A DNA stretch of 48,251 nucleotides. It comes from a virus. Taxonomy: Duplodnaviria; Caudoviricetes. A model generated the notes under the pieces. The model was not told the origin of the DNA. It was given only the letters and a program-made list of their open reading frames with translations, and ran no database searches. The first letter of the stretch is position 1. Each line of letters opens with the position of its first letter. The stretch covers positions 1 to 48,251 of the IMG/VR virus record IMGVR_UViG_3300037851_001108. One strand, given 5' to 3'. Position numbers and translations under genes: made by a program. Shown piece after piece: positions 35,727 to 44,700 of the stretch.

Positions 35727-36110
35727 TCAGTCGCGCGCCTTGATGCCGAGGGCGAGCAGGTCCGCGTAGGCCGCGGTCTTGCCGCCGGCGTCGACGCCGC
35801 TGTTCCACGAGAGGTCGTCCTTGCGGACCTCGGCGCCCCAGTTGACCACGACGCCGGTGAAGTCGGCCGGAGCGATCCCCGCGGAGTTGTCCAGCTCCGC
35901 GTAGAGGATGCCCGCGGCTTCCTCGGACCCGTCCGAGCCGGCGTTGTCGTAGTCGACGTACTTGCCGGTGCTCGAGAGCTGCGCCAACACGCGCCCCGGC
36001 GAGAGCTTCGTCGCGGCCGCCACCGTCACGGTCACGGTGTCGCGGCTGAGGGTGCCCGGCTGCTCGGCGAGGATGAACTCGCCCGTGTTCTTCCCTTCGG
36101 TCAGTGCCAT
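35727..36110 (-). CDS. Head decoration protein (gpD family)
   Basis: EGKNTGEFILAE...SRD...GRVL...DGSEEAAGILY...LGIKAR. Confidence 0.9.
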   Translation of the reverse strand: MALTEGKNTGEFILAEQPGTLSRDTVTVTVAAATKLSPGRVLAQLSSTGKYVDYDNAGSDGSEEAAGILYAELDNSAGIAPADFTGVVVNWGAEVRKDDLSWNSGVDAGGKTAAYADLLALGIKARD

Positions 36111-36120
36111 CTTCTTCTCC

Positions 36121-37233
36121 TCAGTTCTTGAGCCGGTTGCGCTCGGCGTACACGGCCACGACGTCGATCACGGCCTTCTTCCTCGCGCCGTGATCCGGCC
36201 CGAGGCCCGCGTCGATCTCCACCCTGTCGAGCTTTGCGGTGATCTTCAGGAGGTGCGACCTGACGTGCTCGACGGTCATCCCGCCGGCGACGTACTCCCC
36301 GGCCAGGTCGTCCTGCCCCGCCTTGGCACACAAGGCCCGGATCTCCGTCGCGCGGCTCTCGGCGGCGACGCGGGCCGACCGCTCGAGGACGACCCGAGCC
36401 TCCACGGCGTCGGCCGCCAGGCCCTCGGTGATGAGATTTTGCGCGAAGACGAGGTCGAGACCGGCCTCGCCACAGAGGCGCACCACCTCGGCCGGATCTG
36501 CGGCGCGGGGCGCGGGGGCGGGAAGGATGGCCGTCGGCTCCGGCTCCGTGGCGACTGTGACGGCCTCCATCTCGGGTCGGACCAGCGCACGGACCTGCTC
36601 GGCGAACCTCTCCGGCACAGCCAGGCGCGGCGCCAGACCGGGCGTGATGCAGGCCGCGGCCTTCAGTCCCTCGACCTTGGCCGTGGCGAAGCCGCGCTCG
36701 ACGGCCTCGTCCGCGTTCATCCAGGTGACGGCGTCCATGAGGGCGCCGATCTCTTCGGCCGGCAGCGGGGACTGCCACTGGTACGTCGAGATGATCGTGT
36801 CGCGGATCTTGTCGAGCTGATCCGCGGCCTCGCGCATGTCCTTCGCGTCGCCGATCGTCCACGACCAGGGGTTGTGGATCATGAGCAGCGCGTTGTCGGG
36901 CATCTCGATCGTGTCGCCCGCCATCAGCACGACGGAGGCGGCCGAGGCCGCCAGGCCCTCGACGCGCATCTCCACCGTGCGCTTCTTGTTCATGCGCTGG
37001 TCGCGGAGCGCGTTGGCGATCGTCGCTGCCGCGAACACGTCGCCGCCGGGGCTGTTCACGCGGACACGGATCGTGTTGACGCTCTCGGGCAGCTTCGCGA
37101 GCTCCTCGAGGAAGGACTTCGCCGTGACGACGTCACCCCAGAACTCGTCGCCCCAGGTACCGATGAAGTCCAGGATGTTGATCTCTGCGACTCGCTCGCC
37201 CGCGGCCGCCACGATCTCGAACCACTTGCGCAT
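36121..37233 (-). CDS. Head maturation protease (ClpP/S14) fused to a scaffold domain
   Basis: VNSPGGDVF, GLAASAASV, MIHNPW, TWMNADEAVERGFA, helical C-terminal extension. Confidence 0.93.
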   Translation of the reverse strand: MRKWFEIVAAAGERVAEINILDFIGTWGDEFWGDVVTAKSFLEELAKLPESVNTIRVRVNSPGGDVFAAATIANALRDQRMNKKRTVEMRVEGLAASAASVVLMAGDTIEMPDNALLMIHNPWSWTIGDAKDMREAADQLDKIRDTIISTYQWQSPLPAEEIGALMDAVTWMNADEAVERGFATAKVEGLKAAACITPGLAPRLAVPERFAEQVRALVRPEMEAVTVATEPEPTAILPAPAPRAADPAEVVRLCGEAGLDLVFAQNLITEGLAADAVEARVVLERSARVAAESRATEIRALCAKAGQDDLAGEYVAGGMTVEHVRSHLLKITAKLDRVEIDAGLGPDHGARKKAVIDVVAVYAERNRLKN

Positions 37234-37244
37234 GTGGATGCTCC

Positions 37245-37628
37245 TCAGTCCATCGTGACGGTGAGGTTGCCGCTAAGGATCTTGAAGGTGTCGCCCGAGT
37301 TCACGGTCTTGCTGGCGGTGAGAGAGCCGAGGAACAGCGCGTTCCCGCTCGTGACCGAGTCCCAGATGCAGACGTGGCTCACGGTGCAGGCCGGCATGTT
37401 CGTCCACGTCAGGTCGGCGTTCGTCGCCTTGCTCCCGCCCGAGGCCGCAGCGAAGGAGCTGGTGGCCACCTGCCTGGCGTACGAGCCACCGCTGATCTCG
37501 CCCGTGCCGGTCTCGCCGGTGTCCGCCGAGTGGAGCGAGACGTAGATGTTCGTGGGCTGGCTGTACGCCGAGCCCTTGAGGGCGTGGTCCAGCAACGCCG
37601 TTTCGAGGTAGTTCGATGCACCCGCCAT
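37245..37628 (-). CDS. Small virion structural protein, type A (fibre subunit-like)
   Basis: SNYLETALLDH...YVSLHSAD.GE.G..EISGGSYARQ...IWDSVTSGNALF...KTVNSGDTF, a widespread phage family. AGGAGG-like RBS (CGGAGG). Confidence 0.8.
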   Translation of the reverse strand: MAGASNYLETALLDHALKGSAYSQPTNIYVSLHSADTGETGTGEISGGSYARQVATSSFAAASGGSKATNADLTWTNMPACTVSHVCIWDSVTSGNALFLGSLTASKTVNSGDTFKILSGNLTVTMD

Positions 37629-38360
37629 TTACTGTCCTCCGATCTTGGGCGGGGCTGTCACCATCCCCACCTTGAAGTGCTGGATTTCGAGGCCGTACAC
37701 CGCGAGCATCCGCTCGCCGACGGCCATGACTCGGCGAGAGAATGAGAAGTCCTCGCCCAGCTCGTCCCAGTAGCCCTCTTTGTCTTGGATGCGCTCCATC
37801 ATCCACCACGTCCCTCGACCAAACTGCTGCGCGATCGTCTCGAAGACGCGACGATGCGTCATGACGACCGACGACGCGATCGTCTCGACGAGTTGGCTGC
37901 GTCCTTCATCTGGCCGCGCCGCGATGCAGAAGCGCGTCGGGTCGTCTGGATCGTTCAGGAAGGCCGTCGAGCCACAGGAGGTTCCGAGCAGGTGGTCCGC
38001 GATGATGACGCCTGGATCGTGACCCGACACTCGGGCCTCGGCGAGCAGGTCCTCGATCAGCGTTTCCGGGACCACGACGTCGTGATCCATCATCAGGAGC
38101 CAGTCCCCGGAGGTGCGCTCGAGGAAGAGCCGGGTGAGGTAGTTGCGGTTTCGCGAGATGTAGGGCCCTGTCTTGAAGTGCAGCGAGTTCCAGTGGCAGA
38201 GGTGCGCCGGCTTCGACCTCTCGTAGTCCTGCAGGCGCATCAGAGAGCCGACGTACTCGATCCGAGGGCTGCCGTGGGTCAGGCCCACGACGACGACGCT
38301 GGGGACACGCTCCACTCTGGTCACGGGGCGAAGCAAAGCCGCGGCTGTGATGTCCGCCAT
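37629..38360 (-). CDS. Glycosyltransferase (GT-A fold, GT2-like)
   Basis: ISRNRNYL...FL...DWLLMMDHDV (DxD), VMTHRRVFE, LGEDFSFSRR, IQH. Abuts both neighbours. Confidence 0.85.
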   Translation of the reverse strand: MADITAAALLRPVTRVERVPSVVVVGLTHGSPRIEYVGSLMRLQDYERSKPAHLCHWNSLHFKTGPYISRNRNYLTRLFLERTSGDWLLMMDHDVVVPETLIEDLLAEARVSGHDPGVIIADHLLGTSCGSTAFLNDPDDPTRFCIAARPDEGRSQLVETIASSVVMTHRRVFETIAQQFGRGTWWMMERIQDKEGYWDELGEDFSFSRRVMAVGERMLAVYGLEIQHFKVGMVTAPPKIGGQ

Positions 38361-38779
38361 CAGGAAATCCGGATCATGGCAGTGCCCGCTGCGGGGGCCG
38401 GGAGCGTCACGGTGAAGTTCCCCCCACTTGACGTCTTCTCCGTGCCGAAGTCGTACACGGCGAGTGCCACGTTCCCCTTCGAGGCGTTGTAGATGAGAGC
38501 TCCGCGTGCGGTGAAGTCGGCACCCGGCCACGTCGGGTCTCCGTCGAAGTCGACGAACGCCGTTGACCCGTCGATGCCCACCGTGAAACCGACGAGTACC
38601 TGCCCTCCGGAGCTGTAGCCGGCGCCTACAACCTCGCCCGACGTGGTGTAGACCTCCGTGTCGGCGTTGAGCTCGGCCGCGCTGGTGTAGAGCGCCATCG
38701 CGTAGATGTCGCCCGGTTGATGCACTCCCCGAAGGAAGTCCTGCTTGGCGCGCTTCGTGAAGGCCTGGATGATCGCCAT
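38360..38779 (-). CDS. Small virion structural protein, type B (fibre subunit-like)
   Basis: MAIIQAF...KQDFL.GVH...MALYTSAA.L...T..YTTSGEV.G.GYSSGG...TARGALIYN...DFG..KTSS.G.FTVTLP, a widespread phage family. Confidence 0.8.
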   Translation of the reverse strand: MAIIQAFTKRAKQDFLRGVHQPGDIYAMALYTSAAELNADTEVYTTSGEVVGAGYSSGGQVLVGFTVGIDGSTAFVDFDGDPTWPGADFTARGALIYNASKGNVALAVYDFGTEKTSSGGNFTVTLPAPAAGTAMIRIS

Positions 38780-40411
38780 CTAGACCCCACGCTCCGTTGC
38801 CTTCATGATGTTGCCCTCGCGGTCGTGTTCGAAGACGAGACAGACCGGATCACGCTTCGGGACGGCGATGGTGGTGTTCACGATGGGCGCAGTCTGCGCC
38901 GCGGCGTTGGTCTGGGGGGCGTCGTCCTGCATCGTGGCAGACTCGTAGCTGAGACCAAGCTCCTCCGCGCGCTCGTTGTCCTGCGCCTGCTCCGCGTCGA
39001 TCACCTCGGCGTCTTCGCCCTGCTCGGAGACGACGGCCGAACGTGTCGTGAATCCGCTCTTGATCGCCTCGCGGGCCGCGGCCACGTCCTGCACCGGGTG
39101 GATGTAGGGCCAGCCCTGCGGCATCCAGCGCACGGCGGACCAGGGCGTCGGGTCGTCGAGATACGCTCCCGGGATCGGCAGCGCCCCGGAGAGCTGCACG
39201 CGGTCGAGCCACGCCATCCAGACGGGCCGGCAGAGCTGATAGGCCACAATGTGGTGCTGGCGTGCTTGAATCTGCCGCCGGAACTCGTGGAGGACGACCC
39301 TCATCACCCGATCGTTGAGCCCCGACATGTCCCCGGTGAGGACCTCGTACGGGACCCCGGTCGCCGCGGAGACGCTCATGAGCTGCTGTTTCATGAATGC
39401 CGGGCCGAACGGATCGGCCTGGGGGGGGGAGTTGAACTCGACCTCTTCTCCGGGCTCGAGCTCCTGGAAGATCCCCGGCTCGAGGCTCAGGATCGGACGA
39501 CCGTCGCTGCTCGTCGCGTCGGCTGCGAGCCCCGTCAGCGGATGAACGTCACTCTCGACGCTCGGCCTCTTGATGAAGCCGGCGAAGAGGTTGGCGATCT
39601 GCGACCGCAAGAGCGTCGCGTCCTCGAACTTGTCGAGCTCGTGGAGCTTGATGAGCGCCTGGGTGAGATGCGGTAGGCCGCGGATCTGTCCCGGGCGCAG
39701 CGGCTCGAACAGGTGAATCACGAAGGCGGCCGGGACGCGCCGGAGCTGCGACGGGTCGAAGTCCTGGTCGTCCCCAGGCCGCGATGGGTGGAACCAGTAG
39801 GCCACCCGGCGCCCGATCCGGTCGAACTCGATGCCGGCCCGGACCTTGTTCCCGCTCGGCAACGTGGTGTTGTGGGTGTAGGGGCAGAGCTCCGGTTCGA
39901 GGACCTGGACCTGCAGCGGCACTGTCAGACCATCCGACGCGAGGCGCGGGCGCAGCCGCACGAAGACCTCGCCCGCTTCCAGCCAGGCCCGGACGACCTG
40001 GGCCTGCTGGCCGTAGAAGTCGAGCAGGCCGTCCGCGTCGCTCTCGTCGGTCCACAGGAACCATAGGGCCTGGACCGCCCGACGGAACTCGGGGTCCACC
40101 GCCTTCGACAGCGGCTTCATGCCGGTCCCGATGATGTTCGTGACGAGCTTGTCGAGCGTCCCCTTCGCCCACCCGTCGTTCCGGCAGGCATGGCGCGAGC
40201 GGTCCCGCAGCGTGCCGAGGCTCTGGAGGAGCTGGGTGTTGGGCGAGGAGGTGGGCGGTCGCCACGGCAGGGTGCGGCGCGTCTGCGCACCGGCCTCGTA
40301 GGCCGTGGAGTTTCGGACGGAGGGGGCGCGCCGGCTCCGAGCCCGGGGTGAGGGGAGCACCGGGCCGCCGGCTAGGGGAAGGGCCATCTGTGCCGTGGGC
40401 GCGACCGCCAT
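38780..40411 (-). CDS. Portal protein, lambda family
   Basis: LRDRSR..CRND, GIEFD..GRRVAY, RPGQIRGLP, GVPYEVLTGD, W.YIHPVQD. Confidence 0.96.
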   Translation of the reverse strand: MAVAPTAQMALPLAGGPVLPSPRARSRRAPSVRNSTAYEAGAQTRRTLPWRPPTSSPNTQLLQSLGTLRDRSRHACRNDGWAKGTLDKLVTNIIGTGMKPLSKAVDPEFRRAVQALWFLWTDESDADGLLDFYGQQAQVVRAWLEAGEVFVRLRPRLASDGLTVPLQVQVLEPELCPYTHNTTLPSGNKVRAGIEFDRIGRRVAYWFHPSRPGDDQDFDPSQLRRVPAAFVIHLFEPLRPGQIRGLPHLTQALIKLHELDKFEDATLLRSQIANLFAGFIKRPSVESDVHPLTGLAADATSSDGRPILSLEPGIFQELEPGEEVEFNSPPQADPFGPAFMKQQLMSVSAATGVPYEVLTGDMSGLNDRVMRVVLHEFRRQIQARQHHIVAYQLCRPVWMAWLDRVQLSGALPIPGAYLDDPTPWSAVRWMPQGWPYIHPVQDVAAAREAIKSGFTTRSAVVSEQGEDAEVIDAEQAQDNERAEELGLSYESATMQDDAPQTNAAAQTAPIVNTTIAVPKRDPVCLVFEHDREGNIMKATERGV

Positions 40412-40617
40412 CAGAAGCCCTTGGACCCCACGATGAGGGTCTGCCGGGGCCGCGGCGTACCCGCGGTCTTGGCCAGGTCCTTCAGGATCTCGCGCTCGAG
40501 CTCCTGGAGGTCGGCCAGGGAACGGTACGTCACGGCGCGGTCGGAGAACGCGACATAGGACTCGGGCCGTGCCATGGCGGCCCGGACGGCGGCAAGATCC
40601 TCCTCCGTGTAGGCCAT
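40411..40617 (-). CDS. Head-tail adaptor, gpW-like
   Basis: MAYTEEDLAAVRAAMA...VAFSDRAVTYRSLADL...SKGF. Confidence 0.9.
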   Translation of the reverse strand: MAYTEEDLAAVRAAMARPESYVAFSDRAVTYRSLADLQELEREILKDLAKTAGTPRPRQTLIVGSKGF

Positions 40618-40626
40618 CCCGACCGT

Positions 40627-40703
40627 AGCGTAAGGCCGGGTTCCCGGCGCCCCCGGACGGATGTCTATGGTGAGAGGCTATGGTGAGAGGCTATGGTGAA
40701 AAG
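40627..40703 (-). promoter_or_regulatory. Putative activator-dependent late promoter with three tandem 13-bp repeats
   Basis: CTATGGTGAGAGG x2 plus CTATGGTGAAAAG at 40665-40703. Minus-strand -10-like TACGCT at 40627-40632 with no recognisable -35. Confidence 0.6.
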
Positions 40704-40733
40704 GGCTTGACGGGGATTCCCGAAGGGCCGGTT

Positions 40734-40970
40734 TCAGGCGGATTCTGGGGCGGGCTCAAACCCCGAGGCGCGCTCTCTCCACCACCTCGAGCGACTCGCC
40801 CGCAGCTCCTCGACCACGGCCACGGGCACCCACAATACGCGCCGCGGGTGGCTCCCGGCCCGGCCGAGGTGGCACCGGTCCCGGTACGGCCTCAGCAGCC
40901 GCCAGGCGGTCATGCGCTGGACGTGGAGCATCGCCGCCACTTCACCCACGGTGAACCACTTCTCGTTCAT
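40734..40970 (-). CDS. Small excisionase/MerR-type winged-HTH protein (candidate late regulator)
   Basis: WFTVGEVAAMLHVQRMTAWRLL...RVLWVPVAVVE. ATGA-coupled to the glycosyltransferase. Confidence 0.75.
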   Translation of the reverse strand: MNEKWFTVGEVAAMLHVQRMTAWRLLRPYRDRCHLGRAGSHPRRVLWVPVAVVEELRASRSRWWRERASGFEPAPESA

Positions 40971-41773
40971 CGCCCGAGCCCGAGGCGGCGACGCTTCGTC
41001 GCGCGGGTGAGTACGAACACCCGCGGTTCTGGCACGGGGAGTTCCGCCAATCCGCCACCCGCCTCACGCTCGAGCTGTCGCCAGAGTCCGACCAGCGGCC
41101 GAAGGCGCGGTTGGGTCGGGCCGAGCCCGAAGATGGCGCGACGCAGCGCACTCTTGAGGTGGACGATCCTGGTCGTGGGAGTAAACGCCCCCCAGGACGT
41201 GTCCTCGCAGTTCCATTCACGACAGGGAAGCTGAACGATCCGCAGCCCCAGCTCCGCGACGAGGCCCTGCGTCAGCATCGCCCCGAGCGCCGCCTGGTTG
41301 ATGCCGCCGAACTTGGCTCTCCACCGCTGGTGTTCCTGCGGATGGTCGAGCAGCCGTGCATTCTCCTGCTGCCACGCGTCGGCGAAGCGCCGCACCGCCG
41401 GCCCGACGCGAAGGAAGACGACACCGCTGTTGAACGGAAACCGTTCCGTCAGCTTCACCGTATAGGCCAGGTCGAAGTCCTGGGCCCACACGTCGTCCAG
41501 CGGACGGAGAATCATCGTGTCTGAGTCGATGAGGAGCACTCGGTCGCCGTCCTCCGACGCGGCAATGGCCATGGTCCACACGTCCATCTTCATCGTGTTG
41601 TGGGCGTGGCTCGGGATACCGAGAGGGCTGTGGCGTGGAGCAGGGACGATCCGCTCCACCTCGATGCTCCAGTCTGGACAGTGACGACGGCCCGTGAACT
41701 CCAGGACGCGCGCCATCCGCGCGAACTGAGGGTTGTCGCCGAACCACTTAGAGATGAGACGGGGGGGCGTCAT
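40967..41773 (-). CDS. Glycosyltransferase (GT-A; GT77/GT34/GT8-like)
   Basis: KMDVW, VLLIDSD (DxD), FNSGVVF, NQAAL, LPCREWN, IVHLK. AGGAG RBS, ATGA overlap with the repeat protein. Confidence 0.85.
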   Translation of the reverse strand: MTPPRLISKWFGDNPQFARMARVLEFTGRRHCPDWSIEVERIVPAPRHSPLGIPSHAHNTMKMDVWTMAIAASEDGDRVLLIDSDTMILRPLDDVWAQDFDLAYTVKLTERFPFNSGVVFLRVGPAVRRFADAWQQENARLLDHPQEHQRWRAKFGGINQAALGAMLTQGLVAELGLRIVQLPCREWNCEDTSWGAFTPTTRIVHLKSALRRAIFGLGPTQPRLRPLVGLWRQLEREAGGGLAELPVPEPRVFVLTRATKRRRLGLGR

Positions 41774-44700
41774 GCACTCCTTCTCCACAGGGCCAGCACG
41801 TCCACCACCTGGCGCTGACGTTGCTGGCGAGTCAGAGTCCGCCATGCGTCGAGAAACCCAACCGCGCCGACCGCCTCGACTCCCTCGAGATGCGTGACCG
41901 CGCTGGTGATCAGCCGTGCCCGACTGACCCAGGTGGTGGCGGATACGCCCGAGGCCTGCACCACGGTCGTGGTGCCGATGTCGAGTTCCCCGAGCCTGGC
42001 GTGAGCCTCGACTCCCTGGAGACGAATGGCCACGCCACGCTGTCGGGAGATCGGCACGGAGGGAGTGACAACTCCCCAACCCTCGCCGCCGACATGAATG
42101 GTCGTCGGGACCACACTCCCGGACGCGTGAACCGCCACCAGAACCGGAAGGACGGCGGTACCCGCCGAGTATCCTGGGATGTCCCCGGCGGCGCTCACCA
42201 GCGCGACAGGTGTCAGGAGCGCGCTCGCGTGGACTTCCCCTTCGCCTGTCGCGACGAACGTAACGCCTACGGGCACCGCGGCCGATGCGGTCGTCTCGGG
42301 GATGCCGCTCGCGCCTAGAACCAGTGTCGAGGAGACAGTCGCTGCGCCGATGCGGTCGGCCTCGGCAGCGACCGCGAGTGACAGCGAGGCCGGAATCGCG
42401 GTTGCTCCGAACGTCTCGATCCACGCGGTCGCCTCTGTGACAACGTGAACTGGAGCCGCCACGCTCCCGGTTGTCTCAACTGCCGCGGAGGGACTCGTCT
42501 GTACGAGAACCGCAATCGGCGCAGCAGCAAGCACCTCGACCTCTGCGTCGGTCGAAAGGCTTGCTGCGGTGTCGATCTCGGCCGCACCGTCGTTCTGGCC
42601 GGACACGCTTGCCGAGGCCGAGCAGGCGCAGGTGGCGTGAATTGTCGCCTCACCCGAAGCCTCGCAGGCGGCGGCGGCAGACAGGACGTGAGCTGGACCA
42701 AGCGTGGCGGCAGCCGAGACCTCGACCGTCGCCGTGGCACTCAGGTCGCACGTCGCGTCGATCTGGCTCGCCGCCACCTGCTCCGCGAGCCCGCTGGCGA
42801 CAACGGAGGCGGCAACGGCTATCGAGGAGTCAGAGTGCGCCTCGACGGTTGCGCTCGTCGAGAGCTGTGCTTGTGCCGAAAGCTCACCAGCGGCGACGAC
42901 ATCGCACTCTCCGGACGCCGCAACCTCGGCAACGGGTGGCACCGTCGAGGCGGCGAGCACCTCCGGGGTTGCCGACACCGCGACGGCGGCAAGCGTCTGG
43001 ACAGTCGCCTCTCCGGACGGGAGCGGAGTCCCTGTCGCGACGACGGAGCACGCCGACGCGACGGTGGCCGCGCCGAAGACCTCCGTGGCGGCAGACGTTG
43101 CTAGGTCGGCTGCGGACGAGAGCTGCGCCGAGGCCAGTACGTCTTGCGAGCCCGCTGCCGCCAGCGTGGCGGTTGTCGGGATCTCTGCGGCGGCGGGGAT
43201 CGTATCGACGCCAACCGAAACCGCCGTGTGTACGACTCCCAGCGTGGCCGTAGCGTAGGTCTCGACCAGACCCCCCCGGCTCGTGAGCTGGACCGCCTTG
43301 ACGCGATACTCGATCGGGCTCGCGAAGTTCCACTGGACGAATGCCTCAGGGAGAGGGACCGGGAAGAACTGATAGAGGCGTCCAGTGCCATCGACGAAGA
43401 GGTCTACTGTCCCGGCGCAGTGGCGGATCTCAAGGTGGGGCTCAGACCCGTCTGGGATTTCCCACGACGTCGAGTAGACATCCTGGTTGCCGCCTTGATC
43501 TTCTACCCACGCTACTTGGATCGTGTGCGGCGAGCCGAAGGATCGGAAGATGGAGACGATAGCCGAGTAGACGTAGCCGGTGCCGGGATCGGTGCCCGTG
43601 AGGCCGACAGACACGGCCCAGAAAGCGCCCGATGAGCCGAGGGCTGCCGGGAGCACCGCACGCAGCGCCACGTCGGGATCGAGCTGAGCCGTGCGCGCCT
43701 GCCCGGCCGAGTCGTCGAAGATCACGTCTTCGCCGTCGATGGTGACGTTCTCGACGGTGACCCACGCGGCTGGACCGAACGTCCAGAGGTGGGAGTGCGC
43801 CGGCAGCGTCGTCTCGGCGAACGTCTCGCACTGAGCGCCCGCCACGAGCGCCGTCTGGACGAGACGCGTTATCGTGCCTCGCTTCTCGCACTGGCCCGCA
43901 GCGGACACTGCGGAGAGAAGCGAGAGCGCAGCACTCGTCGTCGTCTCGTTCGTCGCGGAGGCGGCGAGGGTGAATGTCGGTAGGACGGTCGCCGCGCCAG
44001 CCGCCTCTTGCGCCCCGGCGGCAGTGGTCGTGGTTCCCACCTGGATCGTGGCCGTTCCCTCGACGAGCTGCGTCGCCACGTCGCCGGTCGCCATCACGGC
44101 GAAGGTGCCCGGCAGTGTCCCTTCGGCGGGTACGTCCAACGTGGCCGAGACGGCTATCGCCGCTGCGGCGGGAAGCGTTGTGCCTCCCTCGACAGGAACC
44201 GTGGCGCTCGCGGCGATGCCGGTCAGGGTCGCCAGCTCGGCCGCCGCGTCGATGACATCGACTCCAGCAGAGAGCGTGACGTGGAGGGCTTGGATGATCG
44301 CCTCGCCCAAGACCTCCGGAGACCCCACCGCCTGTGTCGTGACCGTCGTGGCGGTGCTCGCGGCGGCGTGCTGTTCACACTCCGCGGCCGATTCGAGCGT
44401 GAAGCTCGCCGGGATGGCGGCGGCGGCGTTCAGCTCTCGCAGGCCGGTGGCGGAAACGGCTGAGACCACCGGGAGGCTCGCGGCGGACGCCACCGCCACC
44501 TCCGCGCTCGCCGCCTGCTGAACGACCACCGGGACGGCCGCCGTGCCATGTCTCTCTACCGTTCCGGCCGCATCTAGAGCAGCCGCGACCGCGAGCGTTG
44601 ACGCGGCCCCGACGACCTCGCGCTCGCCCGCGACGCTGATCGACACGGTCGCGGCAAGGAGCGCGACACCGTGGGCGTCTTGCGCGCCCGACGACGACAC

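Noticed and set aside
24732-37545. Long + strand ORFs (e.g. 25219-26823, 27624-29321, 34466-35719, 35962-37545)
   Set aside because: These are antisense shadows of well-supported minus-strand genes in high-GC DNA, with no RBS or motifs.
40665-40703. Mini CRISPR array
   Set aside because: The repeats are 13 bp, abut each other with no spacers, and no cas genes are present.
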